DNA of 64,000 nucleotides from NCBI GenBank assembly GCA_965197905.1, contig CBDAOB010000005.1:960001-1024000 (forward strand), given 5' to 3'. This DNA comes from Candidatus Latescibacterota bacterium (GTDB lineage Bacteria; Latescibacterota; UBA2968; UBA8231). Below the pieces are notes generated by a model that was not told where the DNA came from, did not search any database, and saw nothing but the letters and a program-made list of their open reading frames with translations. Position 1 is the stretch's first letter. Every line of letters begins with the position of its first letter. Of this stretch, positions 61,965-64,000 are shown piece after piece. A program made the translations under genes and the position numbers.

Positions 61965-62752
61965 GTGGCTGCGACGGACCGGACCTCCCCGCGGGATATC
62001 TTCGGCCAACGAGCCGGTACACCAATGTCGGCCAACGAGCCGCGCAGTACACCACGAGCGCGTGTCACACCGATCCCGAGGCGTTGTCAATGCTAGCTGC
62101 GGTGTGTGCTCCGCAACCTCGCTGGCAAGTGCTTGACGCGGCGACCGGCACCGGTCACACGGCACTATCCCTGTCGCCCGCAGTTCGTTTCGTCGCCGGC
62201 ATCGACCTGACACCGGAGATGCTGGCGGAGGCCACGAAGCTCCGCGGAATGCAGGGCGTGGACAATGTCGGTTTCGGCCAGGCCGATGTTTCTCACCTGC
62301 TTTTCCCGATCGCTGCTTCGACCTGATCACATGCCGGCGAGCAGCGCACCATTTCCCCGACATTCGCGGCGTGCTGGAAGAGATGTCGCGGGTGCTGCGT
62401 CCCGGCGGGACCCTGGTAGTGGACGATCGCTCCGTCCCCGAGGAAGACACGGTGGACCGGTTGATGAACGAATTCGACCGGCTCCACGACCCACGTGCGC
62501 CAATACCGCCCATCCGAGTGGCGCTCGATGCTCGAGGGAGCTGGTTTCGAGGTCCGCTCGACGGAGGTGTATATCAAACACCGGCCGATGTCCTCACTCA
62601 CCCAGGACCTCTCGCAAACGCAGATGGAATCGATGATCTCCTCCTTGAGAGGACTGAGCTCGAAGCAAACGAAGCTGTTCGATCTGGAAGAGCGGGACGG
62701 CGAAATTCACTTCAACCACTGGTACCTGCTGGTGGGAGCAACGAAACGCTAA
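61965..62752 (+). pseudogene. Class I SAM methyltransferase with multiple frameshifts
   Basis: VLDAATGTGHTA, GIDLTPEML, RRAAHHF, RVLRPGG spread over several frames; imperfect duplication at 62002-62053. Confidence 0.75.
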
Positions 62753-64000
62753 CTCCTTCTCGGGGGAGCGCTGCTACCGTAGGGTTGCTCCCTTGGACTC
62801 TTTGGTCGAGTGGCGAACAGGCTCGTCACGGCCAATACACCCAAAAGACCGGAGAACCCCCACAGCATTGGCAGGTATCCCCCCAAGAAATCGAACGAGA
62901 TCCCGAGGGCAAAGGGGCCGACGCCCGATGAAACAACACCGACGGTGGCGATAAAACCGCGGATCCTGCCGATGTGTCCGCGGCCGTAGTAGCGCACCCA
63001 GATGGTCTCCGCGACCGACATCGACAGACCGCTGCCGACAGCGAGGGCGGCTGGAAAGCAGTATACCATCCAGTCGCTGGGCAAGGCGCCAATAAAACCG
63101 ACGCCGGCGGACATGCATAAGACACCGAACGAGAGCATCAGATTGAGCGGTACGCGATCGGCGAGGTAACCCGCAAAGGGGTGAGACGTGGCCATGATGA
63201 CGGCAGAAATGGAGAACGCCCGCACCGCGTCGCCGGCGGTGAGGCCGCGCTCCTGAAAGATCGACACCATTTCGAAATGGACACCCGTGGAAGTCAGGGA
63301 CCAGATGGAAGTAACGGCGGCGAGGAGCCAGAAGCTGCGGGTTCTCATCGCCGCCTGGAGAGTGAAGGAGGCAGCCAAATCCGGAGGTGAGCTCGATGAC
63401 CGCGTGTCCTCTTGTGGAGGCGGAGACTGGCCGTCGATCTGCAGCCCCATCTCCTCTGGCCGATTCCGGTAGAGCAGGAGCAGCAGAGGCAGCAGGATGA
63501 GACATACGGTCACGCCGAGCAGGATGTAGGTCGAGCGCCAACCGAACTCCCGGATGAGGAACAGGTTCAGCAGGGGAATAAGCCCGAAGGAGGCAGCCAT
63601 CCCCATATTCGAGAGCCCGCTGGCGAATCCCAACCTCCGGCTAAACCACATGGCCATGGTGTTGGTTGCCAGCAATCCCATCGATCCCTGAGCCAGAAAA
63701 CGCAGGCAGAAGAAGACCAGGAAAAGGGACCAGATGCCGCTCACCCGCGACATGGAAACACAGGTCACTCCCAGCAACGATACGATGATGAGCGATGCGG
63801 TGCGGGTGCCGTAGCGGTCCATCAGGCCTCCCACCAAGGTCAGGGGCAGTCCGGCCAACAAGGTGGCCACCATGTATGCGCCCCCCAGGCGACTTGCGGA
63901 GAGGCCAAGCTCCTCGCGGAAGTACGGGTTGAACAACGATATGCCGTAGGTCTGGCCGGGTGCCGTGCAGATGTGAATCAGCATTGCAACCGTAAGCATG
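62749..64000 (-). CDS. MFS transporter (5' end at or beyond the window edge)
   Basis: PGQTYGISLF, GGLMDRYG, WFSRRLG.A, GYLADR, YYGRGHIGRIRG; multiple TM segments. Confidence 0.9.
   Translation of the reverse strand, partial: MLTVAMLIHICTAPGQTYGISLFNPYFREELGLSASRLGGAYMVATLLAGLPLTLVGGLMDRYGTRTASLIIVSLLGVTCVSMSRVSGIWSLFLVFFCLRFLAQGSMGLLATNTMAMWFSRRLGFASGLSNMGMAASFGLIPLLNLFLIREFGWRSTYILLGVTVCLILLPLLLLLYRNRPEEMGLQIDGQSPPPQEDTRSSSSPPDLAASFTLQAAMRTRSFWLLAAVTSIWSLTSTGVHFEMVSIFQERGLTAGDAVRAFSISAVIMATSHPFAGYLADRVPLNLMLSFGVLCMSAGVGFIGALPSDWMVYCFPAALAVGSGLSMSVAETIWVRYYGRGHIGRIRGFIATVGVVSSGVGPFALGISFDFLGGYLPMLWGFSGLLGVLAVTSLFATRPKSPREQPYGSSAPPRRS

Noticed and set aside
1..64000. CRISPR array, tRNA or rRNA genes
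   Set aside because: No regularly spaced repeats or recognisable structural RNA genes found by eye; covariance-model searches were not run.

Overview
GC-rich bacterial window. The dockerin/FlgD-type C-terminal domain and the many PhyH, Gfo/Idh/MocA and amidohydrolase genes resemble Latescibacterota-like genomes (inference only). Main contents: (1) an ~18 kb minus-strand, tightly coupled candidate isoprenoid/lipid biosynthetic cluster (4314-22469). It has two hypotheticals, a polyprenyl-PP synthase, two paralogous proteins each with two acetoacetate-decarboxylase-like (ADC) domains, a phytoene/zeta-carotene-desaturase-like flavoprotein, a TonB-dependent receptor behind a near-consensus CRP/FNR box, a 7TMR-DISM-PP2C sensor, a geranylgeranyl-reductase-like enzyme, a SAM methyltransferase and a saccharopine-dehydrogenase-like reductase. 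(2) An AT-richer island (~23400-33088) with a nested insertion: a group II intron (25907-28047) inside an IS256 transposase (IS 25277-28793, 8-bp TSD), itself inside a secreted/outer-membrane protein gene. An IS3 remnant and a patatin / 2TM / pYEATS candidate conflict module follow, the latter bracketed by a duplicated enolase 3' end. (3) Catabolic genes, a tri-heme (3x CxxCH) HAMP adenylate cyclase, an orphan holin + M15 peptidase pair, and a decayed integrase-bearing segment bracketed by a duplicated PhyH 5' end. Many genes carry single-base frameshifts, probably partly sequencing/assembly error. No rRNA, tRNA or CRISPR array was seen.
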